In this document: positions 37,257 to 49,269 of the stretch, one piece after another
How the letters are laid out: every line of letters starts with the position of its first letter
How positions within the stretch are numbered: position 1 is the stretch's first letter
Source: Ranitomeya imitator
Taxonomy: Eukaryota
Assembly (NCBI RefSeq): GCF_032444005.1
Contig: NC_091283.1
Span: 30,752,001-30,816,000 of the forward strand
Reading direction: 5' to 3'
Length of the DNA: 64,000 bases
Notes under the pieces: model-generated
What the model saw: the letters and a program-made list of their open reading frames with translations, nothing else
Databases searched by the model: none
Told to the model about the DNA's origin: nothing
Program-made: the position numbers and the translations under genes

Positions 37257-39002
37257 ATGGGTAATTAGGAGCACCTTTTTGCTTTTAGATAGGGAAAAAT
37301 GTCATTGTAACACGGTACAAAGATATTTATCTTTCATGTATCACATGTAAGAAAGCTAAATATATATATATATATATATATTATCTATGTTAATATATAC
37401 TGTTTATGGCGTAAAACTATAGCATCTATTAACTATTGTATTACACAAATTATGGCATAATAAATATATGATTAAATTAATAAAACAAATAATAGCGGTA
37501 GCCGTCAATATAATACTGAATTATTAATATATAGCGGCATAAGTCTTGCTATATTAATTTACACCGCAAATATGTTTATACCGTAAAACTATATTATACT
37601 ATATCAGTTGCTTTAATCCTTTGTATGTAAACACGAACTACGCGCAATTTCTCATACAGATACTGACACGGAGACATCTGACGCTATGGCTGAAAACTGG
37701 TGTGTTCCCGAACCACGCGATACGCTGGGTTCAGACGTGGAGATCATAGATGTCAAGAACCCTGCAACTTCAGCGAAACCCGATGCGCCTAAAAGACGCG
37801 GCAACTCGTTACACCGATGTTTCAAGAATAGAAAAGGTATCTGTTCACTTGAAATACAGTCGATTCTCACTTTTGTGTAATACTCATATTTACTTACAGC
37901 TGCTAGCTAACTGTCAGAAAATTCATTTTTGAATATATATATATTCTTCTCACCGCTGCAGTTTTGTGTAGAAAATCAATTCTGTGTTCGCTAATCGTTA
38001 TATTTTTACTTACACCCGCTAATCTAGTTGCCCGGAAAATACAGCTTGAAAAAGAGAATATTCCCGCCTCTGCGAGTTTGAGCATTGCGCCTCCCGTTAA
38101 ACCAGGAGCTGATGTGGGACAATTCCCGCTTCATACTTGTAAGTATATATCTGGACTGCTCTATACAGGTTTATGTAAATATTGTTACAATGATTTCATG
38201 GCTACCTGTCCCCATTAACTTTTCAAATATTACGTATGATCATAGCTATGCGTCGCCGTTTAGCTTTTCCAATTTTGCGCCGTTTCGCGGCTAACCGCCA
38301 CTTGTATCTTTTCTTTTAGATACGTCGCCTCTTCAACAACGAGTTTTGCACTGGCGTAATTACGACACTGAAGAGAATCAACCACAAAGAGCTAATACGG
38401 CGGTGCGAACAACATCTCTCTCGCCCATCTGTGTTGTGGATCGTGATGAATGCTACGCTGCACCAAAACAACCCGGGAATCCAAGCCCCAAGATTTCACA
38501 TCAGAAATATACGAACGTTTCAAGAGAGAAACGTGCAGCGCCGAACGCTCGGCCCCGCATAACACGGCCCGCCAATAGCACAGGCGCCATACCCCAAGTT
38601 ACGCCTGAAAACAGAGAAATTGAGCAGCTCTCCGAGGGTCTGTGGTCACCCACAGAGCCCCTCAATATACCTGTGTGCCAGACTGTGCAATCTGCAGATA
38701 CTGCTCTTGCAGACTTTTCTAGCGTTTTTGCCCCTGTATTACCTCTAAAGAAACGAACCGTATCCCGACGCCGTGTAGGTAGAAAGCAGAAAGTTGCTGT
38801 ACATACACCTTACACAGGTCGTCCTTCGTGGGATGCTGACCATGTCAAAATGTTTACTGACATGTCTGCGCAGTACGCTCAAAGCAAACTCGCACAGATG
38901 GAACTAAAATCTTTCTGCGATACATATGAAAGACTGTTAAATGCGTGTCCAACACATGACATTACCGAGGAGCTGCGTGCTTTCAAACTAAATCACCCCT
39001 GA
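37257..39002 (+). CDS. Predicted three-exon gene of unknown function, 287 aa. Exons 37257-37260, 37660-37836, 38320-39002
   Basis: ATCATGG|GTAATT, CATACAG|AT, AAAG|GTATCT and CTAAC..(Y)n..TTAG|AT. Both introns are phase 1 and join the 64-aa and 218-aa ORFs in frame (864 nt). Exons 2-3 are better supported than the 4-nt first coding exon. Confidence 0.65.
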
Positions 39003-40578
39003 TAAATCTAACTAAAGTTTTTTAAATCACATACAATGGTTGTCATTTTTCATAATATGTGCGTGTTGTGTGTTGTGTGTATTTGTCAGGCTCCGTCCTT
39101 TGTTCAGCGTGTCGTTATCAGATTCCGCAAAGATGCATTTGTCATCATTATGCTGTTAGCTAACTTAAAATTTGAGCTGTTGTTTTATTGTGAGAAATAA
39201 TTACACTGTCATGTAAATACACGCCTAAGGTATACGCAGAATTATAGATAGCGTCGTCAGCTGGGAAATTAATTGAGAAACGAGACCAGTGGTAACGCGC
39301 CGCGAGCTGCAGTAATTCAATATAAAATGACTATTTTCATCATGTGATAAAATAATGCAGAATTAAAGAAAGCTGGAATAATATATGTGGCTGTGTCAGC
39401 GCTAAAATAGAAAAATGTTAGTAATTCAATATAAAATGGCTATTTTCAGAATTTGACATTACCGCTTGCTATAGCGTTATTTTTATAAACATGTGTTATC
39501 CCCGAATCAAATTAACAATAGCAGACATGTTGTGTTATAAAAGCATAAATAAAACTGATAGAAATGCCCAAAGAGAAATGTTATCCCAGAATAATTAATA
39601 TGATATTCTGCCATCTAGTGGCCGTGATGGGTAATTGGTTATGCTACACATTTCTCAAAGAAATGTCTTTGTAAGCCAACAACGAAATTTTACACAAAAA
39701 ACAAGAAAAACAGTAATACATGTGCAGCAGTAACTTAAAATGTGTTCCCAGAATCAAATTACCAATATCAAACATGTTGTGTTATAAATGCCTGAATAAA
39801 ACTGATAGAAATACACAAAGAGTGCAGAAGTGTTATTTCTATAAAGATATATTGCCCGGTTTCTTATGTATGTCCAGTTATTTTCAACAAAACAAGGATA
39901 GAGTCAAATTATAGACAGCACATTCAAAGTGCATAAAGATAATAACATAAATAAGTCCTAAATGTCTATTTCTTGTGTGTGTGTGTGTGTGTGTGGGTTC
40001 TGTGTGTTTGTTGTGTGTGGTTCTGTGTTGTGTGCGTGTGTGTGTGTGTGTGTGTTTGTGCCTGTCTGACCGCGATTTTACACAAAAATATTAAAAGTCT
40101 GTATATGTTAGATGTCTTTGTATAAAAAGGAGTCAAATTATAGGCAGCACAGGCTCCTGTAAAATTAATAGGCACAAAGAGAAATGTTATCCCAGAATAA
40201 TTAATATGATATTCTGCCATCTAGTGGCCGTGATGGGTAATTGGTTATGCTACACATTTCTCAAAGAAATGTCTTTGTAAACCAACAACGAAATTTTACA
40301 CAAAAAACAAGAAAAACAGTAATACATGTGCAGCAGTAACTTAAAATGTGTTCCCAGAATCAAATTACCAATATCAAACATGTTGTGTTATAAATGCCTG
40401 AATAAAACTGATAGAAATACACAAAGAGTGCAGAAGTGTTATTTCTATAAAGATATATTGCCCGGTTTCTTATGTATGTCCAGTTATTTTCAACAAAACA
40501 AGGATAGAGTCAAATTATAGACAGCACATTCAAAGTGCATAAAGATAATAACATAAATAAGTCCTAAATGTCTATTTC

Positions 40579-40612
<34 letters not shown>

Positions 40613-41658
40613 TCTGTGTGTTTGTTGTGTGTGGTTCTGTGTTGTGTGCGTGTGTGTGTGTGTGTGTGTGTTTGTGCCTGTCTGACCGCGATTTTACACA
40701 AAAATATTAAAAGTCTGTATATGTTAGATGTCTTTGTATAAAAAGGAGTCAAATTATAGGCAGCACAGGCTCCTGTAAAATTAATAGTGTAAAATTAATA
40801 TGTGCTAAAATAATGTAGAATTAATGAAAGCTGTAATAATATATGGGAATGTGTCACTTTTATATTCGTATAAAACACAACGCTTCTTACATGACAATCA
40901 AACAACAAAAACAAATGAAATGTGTTATAAACCATGTGTAAAATAAATACACGACTAGGCTATATTTATAAACATGTGTTACCCCAGAATCAAGGCCATG
41001 AAATGTGTTATAAACCATGTGTAAAATAAATACACGACTAGGCTATATTTATAAACATGTGTTACCCCAGAATCAAGGCCACAATAACTTTTCTTTAAGC
41101 CGCTGACCCGCAGTTGGAACTAAAATCTTTCTGCGATACATATGAAAGACTGTTAAATGCGTGTGGGGCGAAGAAATATGTGTTACATGCGTAGTGAATT
41201 GCAAATATATTCTGAAGTGTATGGCATTTTGAGAAATGTGTGCGTGTTGTGTGCTGTGTGTATTTGTGTGTGTGTGTGAGTTCTGTATGTGTTGCGTGTT
41301 CTTTACAGAACCATAAACTTATAATAGCACAATGTTGATGCCGACAGCCGCGCACAGATGTATTTTTGCATTATTTCACAGTGCCTGATGAGTACCGGAT
41401 GCATGGTTGGTTGAGAAGCGCCCGTGGGTGCAGAAGTGTTTGTGGCCCGCATATTAATAAAGTACAAAAAATCCCTGACCTATGTGGTCAGCATATTAAT
41501 AAAGTGCAAAAACATGATAACATAAGTCCTAAATGACTAATAACCGCATATTAATAAAGTGCAAAAACATGATAACATAAGTCCTAAATGCCTAATAATC
41601 GCATATTAATCATAAATAAGTTCTAAATGTCTATTTCTTGTGTGTTGTATGTTAATAA

Positions 41659-41793
41659 AGTGCAAAAATCACTGGCGACAGGTCTCAGCCCATAAAGAAA
41701 AAGAAGCGCCTACTAAAACAGGCCGGCGGGTTTATCGGTCCTCTTTTAGCTTTTGCAATCCCAATAATAACAAGCCTGATCGCCGGAAGATAA
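41659..41793 (+). pseudogene. 5'-truncated remnant of a Maverick small basic protein ending in a GGF-amphipathic helix (right arm)
   Basis: A frame not listed in the ORF track reads SAKITGDRSQPIKKKKRLLKQAGGFIGPLLAFAIPIITSLIAGR*. Its TAA overlaps the next ATG (TAATG). Confidence 0.7.
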
Positions 41794-42563
41794 TGGAGCA
41801 TACAACGAAAATGTATCTAGTCCCCAAACAGGAGCTAGACAAACTAAGACCCGGTACTACAGATAACATACGCGACAGTGTTATTCGGCGCCTTGATGGT
41901 GAGATTAGCGACATTTTACAGCGTCGTGACATTCCCGATGATGTGAAAATTAAAATGTATAGCGCTGTGCTACAACGCTACTTGGTACATACGAGGCACA
42001 GCTCAAGAGAAGTAACGGCTTTAAATCTCGTTAGCCCTCCTGATCCTGGTCAGCAGCAATTGCCAAATACCGACTCTGATAAAAATCATGAGATCGCTGA
42101 AATTGTCGGCCATATAAACCAAAGATATAAAAAGAATGCTGAATTTTTACTAAACAGGCTGCTGCAGAATAAAAATGTCACAGCATGGAATAATAATGCT
42201 GAATTTATTTTCAAAGGATCCGTAATACCAGGGTCTAACTTACTGGATTTGGTACGTAGTACAACGCAGAGTCATGCTCTGAACAGTAGAAATTTACCGC
42301 CGGGTTGGGATTCATTTATGCAGGCTATGGCAGAGCTAAATATGCCGTCTACAGTTGTGGGTAACCCCGCTACTAGGAAGCTTTTAGATGAATTAAAAAT
42401 TACCAACAGTGAGACACGCTCTGTATCTACACCGCTGAAGTTAGCGGCGTCACCCCGTACAATTCAATCTTTACATTCCCCGTCATTAGGTACCACACGT
42501 GGAACTTTGCTACCTAAAAAAAGGTCTCTACCGCTGCTACAAACCATGTGGCTCACGATGTAA
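41793..42563 (+). CDS. Maverick/Polinton conserved accessory protein, 256 aa (right-arm copy)
   Basis: Identical to the left copy. ATG in good Kozak context (ATAATGG); AATAAA downstream at ~42750. Confidence 0.75.
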   Translation: MEHTTKMYLVPKQELDKLRPGTTDNIRDSVIRRLDGEISDILQRRDIPDDVKIKMYSAVLQRYLVHTRHSSREVTALNLVSPPDPGQQQLPNTDSDKNHEIAEIVGHINQRYKKNAEFLLNRLLQNKNVTAWNNNAEFIFKGSVIPGSNLLDLVRSTTQSHALNSRNLPPGWDSFMQAMAELNMPSTVVGNPATRKLLDELKITNSETRSVSTPLKLAASPRTIQSLHSPSLGTTRGTLLPKKRSLPLLQTMWLTM

Positions 42564-43933
42564 AGAATGTACTGGATAAATGCTGTACACGCCTTGTAAC
42601 GCTATATTAATTATTTTGTAAGAAGTGTAATTGATCATTGTACTGTTACTGTACTGTCATATTACTGTATTGTAATGTTTTTACTTTTTATATTCTGTAA
42701 GAATTTTTTATAGTGTTGAAATGTCTTTGAGATGCTGTTTTATCGTGAGAAATAAATCTTTTAAATTTTTTTTACAATATCGTGTCTTTGGTTTTTATTC
42801 GTATAAAACACGCCGCTTCTTACTTGTATTGTAACATTGGGTCATATTATAACTTGTGTTGTGACATTGGTGCATATCTCTTCTGTGTATATAAGGCAGC
42901 CACAAGGATAAAACCTGCTACAATGTGAATAAACACAGCTTGCAATGGCCTCAGTAGATAACAAATAACCTCAGATGCCATCTTCAGGACACAATAACTT
43001 TTCTGTTTGTGGAAATAAACATTTATGGGGTACGCAAATACAACAACAATTGCTTGACCTAGGTGTTATGAACCTCTGAACCGCAGTTAACCTAATTTAG
43101 ATAATGTTCACCATTTAGTTAGTGTTCACCATTTACAAAAACAAATAGACAGCTTTAAGTTCTCCACTATATGAATACACTGCAAATACCCACAGCAGAT
43201 TCTCTGTTTGGGAAAATAAACATTTAGTTAATGTTCACCATAGTGTTCAGTAGAGACACATATAAACAGCTTTAAGTTCTCCACTATATGAATACACTGT
43301 GAATAAAACAAAAGCTTACAGAATCAAACTCGGGGATACGTATAAAATCTATTATAAACAAATGAGAAAGGTGTTATAAACCACGTGTAAAATAAATACA
43401 CGACTAGGCTATAATTATAAACATGTGTTATTCCACAAAATACGGGAATAATATCAAAACTACAACAAATTAAACTATATTAAACTATATCAAAAGGGGA
43501 AATCAAACAAGGAGGGACAGCTGGATACCAGCCGTCAAACAAGGGGAGGGGAGGGGTTACACACTTTGATACACTTTGATAGGGGCGGGGCACCTGTCAG
43601 ATTGAGTTTGACGAAACCACCCGCTTATACACTACTTGCATGAATAGAAGCAGAAAATAAACTCGGATTTTAGATGCAGAAACTTTGCAGACTGCAGTTG
43701 AGAAATCAATGCATGTTCACGTGATGTGTTCCTGATGGGGTTTTGCGCTGACATTTTGCAAAAATTAAGTGAATTCACCTGATTTTACCACGTTTGGGTA
43801 AACATCAAATTCCGCATCAGGAACATATCATGTGAACAATGTCGAAAACTGCATCAAATACACAAATGTCCTGAATGCAGGTTTAGCTTGGAGAGTTCAG
43901 CTCTGAAGCCTGAGGTCATGTTCCAACATAGTA

Positions 43934-44103
43934 GGGCAGCACGGTGGCCCTGCGTTCAAATCCCACTGAGGACAACATCTACGTGGAGTTTGTATGTTCT
44001 CTCCGTGTTTGCGTGGGTTTCCTCCGGGTTCTCCAACGTTTCCTCCCACATTCCAAAGACATACTGATAGGGATTCTAGATTGTGACCCTCGATGGGGAC
44101 AGT
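43934..44103 (+). mobile_element. tRNA-derived V-SINE, partial
   Basis: GGGCAGCACGGTGGC..GTTCAAATCCC..GTTTGTATGTTCTC..GTGGGTTTCCTCCGGG central domain. Confidence 0.75.
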
Positions 44104-44560
44104 TCCATCACTGTGGAATTAATGGCTTTATATAAGTGAGTAAAAATAAATCGTGTAAAAGCTGCATATTTTCCGCAAAGAACCTGCTGCTTGTAACTGT
44201 TCATGAAACTTGAATGTGATTTCCTGAAACCTTATGTCCACTCTGAAGGGATTTTGTGCATTTTTCCCCCCATAAATATCTATGGGGAGACTGAGAAAAG
44301 GAAACCGTGAGAAATCACAATTCCATGTGGAAGAGCCTAATTACATTATGTCCTGCACTGGGAAGATTCCCATTGGAAAACCCTCTCTCAATTCAGCATT
44401 GAAAAAAAAAACTATTAAAAAAAAAGCATTAAAAAACCTATTGTATATTTTGAACTTGGTCTATGGATTATTCATTCCTGGACTATGGTTCATGCATCTT
44501 CCAGTTCCTCATCATATTATTATAGATCCAATAAATTGACAGCAAGCTGAGGTGTTAAAT

Positions 44561-44816
44561 ATAATAATAATCTTTATTTTTATATAGCGCTAACATATTA
44601 GTTTGCACACATTATCATCGCTGTCCCCGTTGGGGCTCACAATCTAATTCCCCATCAGTATGTCTTTGGAATGTGGGAGGAAACCGGAGAACCCGGAGGA
44701 AACCCACGCAAACACGGGGAGAACATACAAACTCCTTGCAGATGTCGTCCTTGGCGGGGTTTGAACCCAGGACTCCAGCGCTGCAAGGCTGCTGTGCTAT
44801 CCACTGCGCCACCGTG
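44561..44816 (-). mobile_element. tRNA-derived V-SINE with L2-type (AAT)n tail
   Basis: Minus strand reads CACGGTGGCGCAGTGG (A box), GGTTCAAACCCC (B box), V-domain, then tail. Confidence 0.85.
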
Positions 44817-44956
44817 GAGAGAAACTCGACTTCACAGCCTTTCTTAGTAAATCACGAGCTCCATACGGTTGCAGTCTAATCAATGTCCTGACCCGGAGAG
44901 ATGGAAACATTCTGGGGTAAAGTGTGAAGGTTCCTCCTGACTGACAGCAAGCAGAG

Positions 44957-45580
44957 ATAATAATAATAATATATAATAATAATTTTATTTATATAGCGCC
45001 AACATATTCCGCAGCGCTTTACAAATTATAGAGGGGACTTGTACAGACAATAGACATTACAGCATAACAGAAATACAGTTCAAAACAGATACCAGGAGGA
45101 GTGAGGGCCCTGCTCGCAAGCTTACAAACTATGGGGAAAAGGGGAGACACGAGAGGTGGATGGTAACAATTGCTTTAGTTATTCGGACCGGCCATAGTGT
45201 AAGGCTCGGGTGTTCATGTAAAGCTGCATGAACCAGTTAACAGCCTAAGTATGTAGCAGTACAGACACAGAGGGCTAATACTGCATAAAGTGAATGAGAA
45301 CATGATGCGAGGAACCTGTTTTTTTTTTTTTTTAATGGGCCACACTGGGATCGTTAGGTTAATACATTGAGGCGGTAGGCCAGTCTGAACAAGTGAGTTT
45401 TTAGGGCACGCTTAAAACTGTGGGGATTGGGGATTAATCGTATTAACCTGGGTAGTGCATTCCAAAGAGTCGGCGCAGCACGTGTAAAGTCTTGGAGACG
45501 GGAGTGGGAGGTTCTGATTATTGAGGATGCTAACCTGAGGTCATTAGCGGAGCGGAGGGCACGGGTATGGGGGTAGACTG
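44957..45580 (-). mobile_element. 3' end of an L2 LINE
   Basis: (AAT)n tail, AGCGCTGCGGAATATGTTGGCGCTATATAAA terminal motif, and C-terminal coding remnant. Confidence 0.7.
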
Positions 45581-46094
45581 AGATCCTGAAAAGGGTTAAA
45601 TATGAAAAATGAAATCATCCTGTTTCGTCTGTGTTCACACGTTGCCTTTTTGCTGTTTTTTTTTTTATCTGCTTTTATGTAAATTTTCAGCTGCGTTTCA
45701 CAGGACCAGCAAACACTGAGATTTCAGAAATCTCCTACACACATTGTTTGTTTTTTCCCCTGATTTGGAAACCTTTGCAGCCTGTCGCTTCTTTCAGCGT
45801 TTTTCACCCATAGAAAGCGATAAGTGCAAAAAGAGAACGCAGGTATCAGGTTTCTCTGCATTTTTGGTGCAAAAACATCAGGGAAATTGTGTCATGTTTT
45901 TTGGGGGGAGTTCCAAACTTTATCAACACGCACAAGAGACAACAACGATGCAGCAAAACGTTTATCTGTATGTAAAAATAAAAAAAAAGCAAAACGACGT
46001 AAAAACCCGACAAAACGTCACAAGAAAGAGCAGAGCGACGCACGTTCTGTCACCGTGACAACAGATCACTCTGTATGTATCAGTGGTGCAGGAC

Positions 46095-46311
46095 CTATGA
46101 CGACATCACGATCATGTGACCAGTGAGGCCTGGGAGGAGCGAAGGCTGCGATGTCAATACGTGCCTGGTCACATGATCGTGACATCATCAAAGGTCCTTC
46201 ATCCACCACGGTGAGCTGGAGCCTCCTGGGGAGTCGGTGAATGTTTCCAGGGGTCCAGCATCGCCCCCCATTGTCAGCATCCGCCCGGATTCTGTACACG
46301 TCCAGGTAATG
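46095..46311 (+). promoter_or_regulatory. Probable promoter and non-coding exon 1 of ZNF gene 3
   Basis: Paralogous to 19520-19733. Inverted repeat TCACGATCATGTGACCAG / CTGGTCACATGATCGTGA; donor CAG|GTAATG at 46306. Confidence 0.6.
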
Positions 46312-46532
46312 ACTCCTCCGTGGTGGATGTGAGAGTGTATGTGTACACTGTACACGGTGTGTATATATATGTAATTACAATGGGGGAAATAAGTATTTGA
46401 TCCCTTGCTGATTTTGTAAGTTTGCCCACTGACAAAGACACGAACAGTCTATAATTTTAAGGATAGGTTAATTTTAACATTGAGAGATAGAATATCAAAA
46501 ATAAAATCCAGAAAATCACATTGTATAAATTA

Positions 46533-47282
<750 letters not shown>

Positions 47283-47763
47283 TTAAGACTTTACGATGTA
47301 ATGTGTTACCAATGGTTTTCTTGGTGACTGTGGCCCCAGCTGCATTGAGATAAGTAACAAGTTCCCCCGTGTAGTTTTAGGCTGATCTCTCACCTTCCTC
47401 ATGATCAAAGATACCCCATGAGGTGAGATTTTGCATGGTGCCCCAGATCGATGTCGATTGACAGTCATTTTGTATTTCTTCCATTTTCTTACTATTGCAC
47501 CAACAGTTGTCTCCTTCTCTCCCAGTGTCTTACTTATGGTTTTGTAGCCCATTACGGCTTTGTGCAGGTCTATGATCTTGTCCCTGACATGCTTATAAAG
47601 CTCTTTGCTCTTGCCCATGTTGTAGAGGTTAGAGTCTGACTGATTAATTGAGTCTGTGGACAGGAGTCTTTTATAAAGGTGACTGTGTAAGACAGCTGTC
47701 TATAATGCAGGTAACGAGTTGATGAGGAGCCTCTAACTGGTCTGTAGGAGCCAGAACTCTTAA

Positions 47764-48961
47764 CCCTCCGTCAGGGGCAATATGTTTCATAACGAGTTTA
47801 GGGGCATTGCGCCTGTCCGGCACAGGCTAGAAAATTGGCTATATTTTCCATTTTTTAAAATTTAATTGCTCTAAAATTGATCAGTTACCTTAATAGGAAT
47901 GTAATAAATGAGAATACACATAATCAGGTGTAAAAAAAAAACATGTTTAATAACCAGAAAAGTAATATGTTTCTATGTCTTGAGCATCCTCCTCACTCTC
48001 TCCATCTTGATCTGTATCAGACACATCTGGACATTCTTCCACATCATCTTCTGAATCAATGTCACTTTCTTCCCCTAAATCTTCTAGCTGTAAGGGGTCT
48101 GTCTCATCATCAAGCAGGATATTTTGCACTTGCTCAACATGAAGGGCATTGGACAAGTCAAATATTCTCCTCGCCATTTCATAAGAAAAGCAGAAGAAAG
48201 AGAGAGAATATGTGTTAGGGCGCAATGTGCCTGAGAAGCACACTCTTATTTCTAACAAAACCTTCTATGACAAATCCACAAATTTAGCACTAGCTATTCA
48301 TAAAACAAGCTAAAAAAAAACAACTGGGATGAATAAAAACAGCAAATTCTAACTGTCAAAGGTGTGACGCATTCAGGGACAATGAGCCTGAGAAGCCAAA
48401 ACACTGATATCTGATCTCCTGCAGCACAAGAGGCTTCTCAGGTTTTCCACAGCCTTTAGGGTATGTGTCCACTTTCAGGATGACCGGCGGTATCGCCGGA
48501 GCGGCTTTGCCGCTCTGCGGTAAGCCCCGCCCCCTTTCTGGGACGCGATGATGCCGGATGTGTTCACAGCACACATCCGGCATCATCGCACCCATCGCAT
48601 AGGGCCCGGTGCTATACCTTGCAGCGACGCTGCGTCGCCGCAAGGTATACGGACATGCTGCGATCTGAAAAGACGCGCAGCATGTCCGGAGTCGCAGGGC
48701 CGCCGCGTGCGTCTTACCACGCATAGTGGAGACGGGATTTCATTAAATCCCCTCCACTATGCTGTAACATCTGGACGCTGCGTGTCTGACGCTGCCGCTC
48801 TATGCAGCGTCAGACACGCAGCGTTTCCTGCACGTGGACACATACCCTTAAAGTTATGAAGGTACTGGGAGGATGGTGTTTCCCAGACAAACCACTGAAA
48901 ATAGAGAAATGACACTAATAAGTGAGCTGCGCCTGTTAGATCAGTTGCCCCTGACGGAGGG
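47764..48961 (-). mobile_element. Internally deleted piggyBac element (1,198 bp)
   Basis: TTAA|CCCTCCGTCAGGGGCAA ... TTGCCCCTGACGGAGGG|TTAA. Retains an acidic transposase-like N-terminus (..ESDIDSEDDVEE..). Confidence 0.85.
48459..48847. mobile_element. Harbinger-type MITE nested in the piggyBac derivative
   Basis: TTA|GGGTATGTGTCCAC ... GTGGACACATACCC|TTA. Confidence 0.85.
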
Positions 48962-49059
48962 TTAATAGTTGTTAGGAGATCAAATATTTATTTCTCAGTG
49001 CAAAATGCAAATAAATTTATATTATAAATACAATTTGATAAAATACTTATTTCCCCCAC

Positions 49060-49112
<53 letters not shown>

Positions 49113-49269
49113 AAATGTAATCGGCCAAGACATTAAAACCATTGACAAGTTACGTGAATGCTGATAATTGGGGAACGTAAAAGAATCGTGGAGGTGAACA
49201 GATGTCTGCCATCAAAATGCATAAGGCAGCAATGGGTGACTGTCATAAGGGTTACATGGTCACACGACT

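Larger units (their letters stand above)
29716..43636. mobile_element. Non-autonomous, almost fully palindromic Maverick/Polinton derivative (13,921 bp)
   Basis: Termini AGTAGTG...CACTACT; direct 6-bp TSD TGCATG at 29710-29715 and 43637-43642; Maverick-type ORFs inside; no polB/INT/ATPase/protease/capsid ORF in the six-frame track. Confidence 0.88.
37043..43636 (-). repeat. Right inverted arm (6,594 bp)
   Basis: Reverse complement of 29716-36309; symmetry breaks at 36310/37042. Confidence 0.97.

Noticed and set aside
39720-41355. Short mirrored ORFs (60-86 aa) in the AT-rich middle of the arms
   Set aside because: Low complexity, overlap CA microsatellites and tandem duplications, no recognisable motifs.
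41640-41792. N-terminal 51 aa of the 307-aa track ORF
   Set aside because: Starts at a non-ATG codon in repeat-derived sequence and overlaps the small-protein remnant in another frame; the real start is probably ATG 41793.
42564-42800. Integrase expected after the 256-aa ORF
   Set aside because: All frames close quickly and no integrase-like start is seen.
29716-43636. Giant palindrome as a long-read fold-back artefact
   Set aside because: Both outer ends stop exactly at Maverick-type termini with a direct TSD, the flanks are unique and there is a unique 733-bp spacer. Raw-read confirmation is still needed.
43934-44816. tRNA genes
   Set aside because: The A/B boxes belong to SINE heads; no full cloverleaf.
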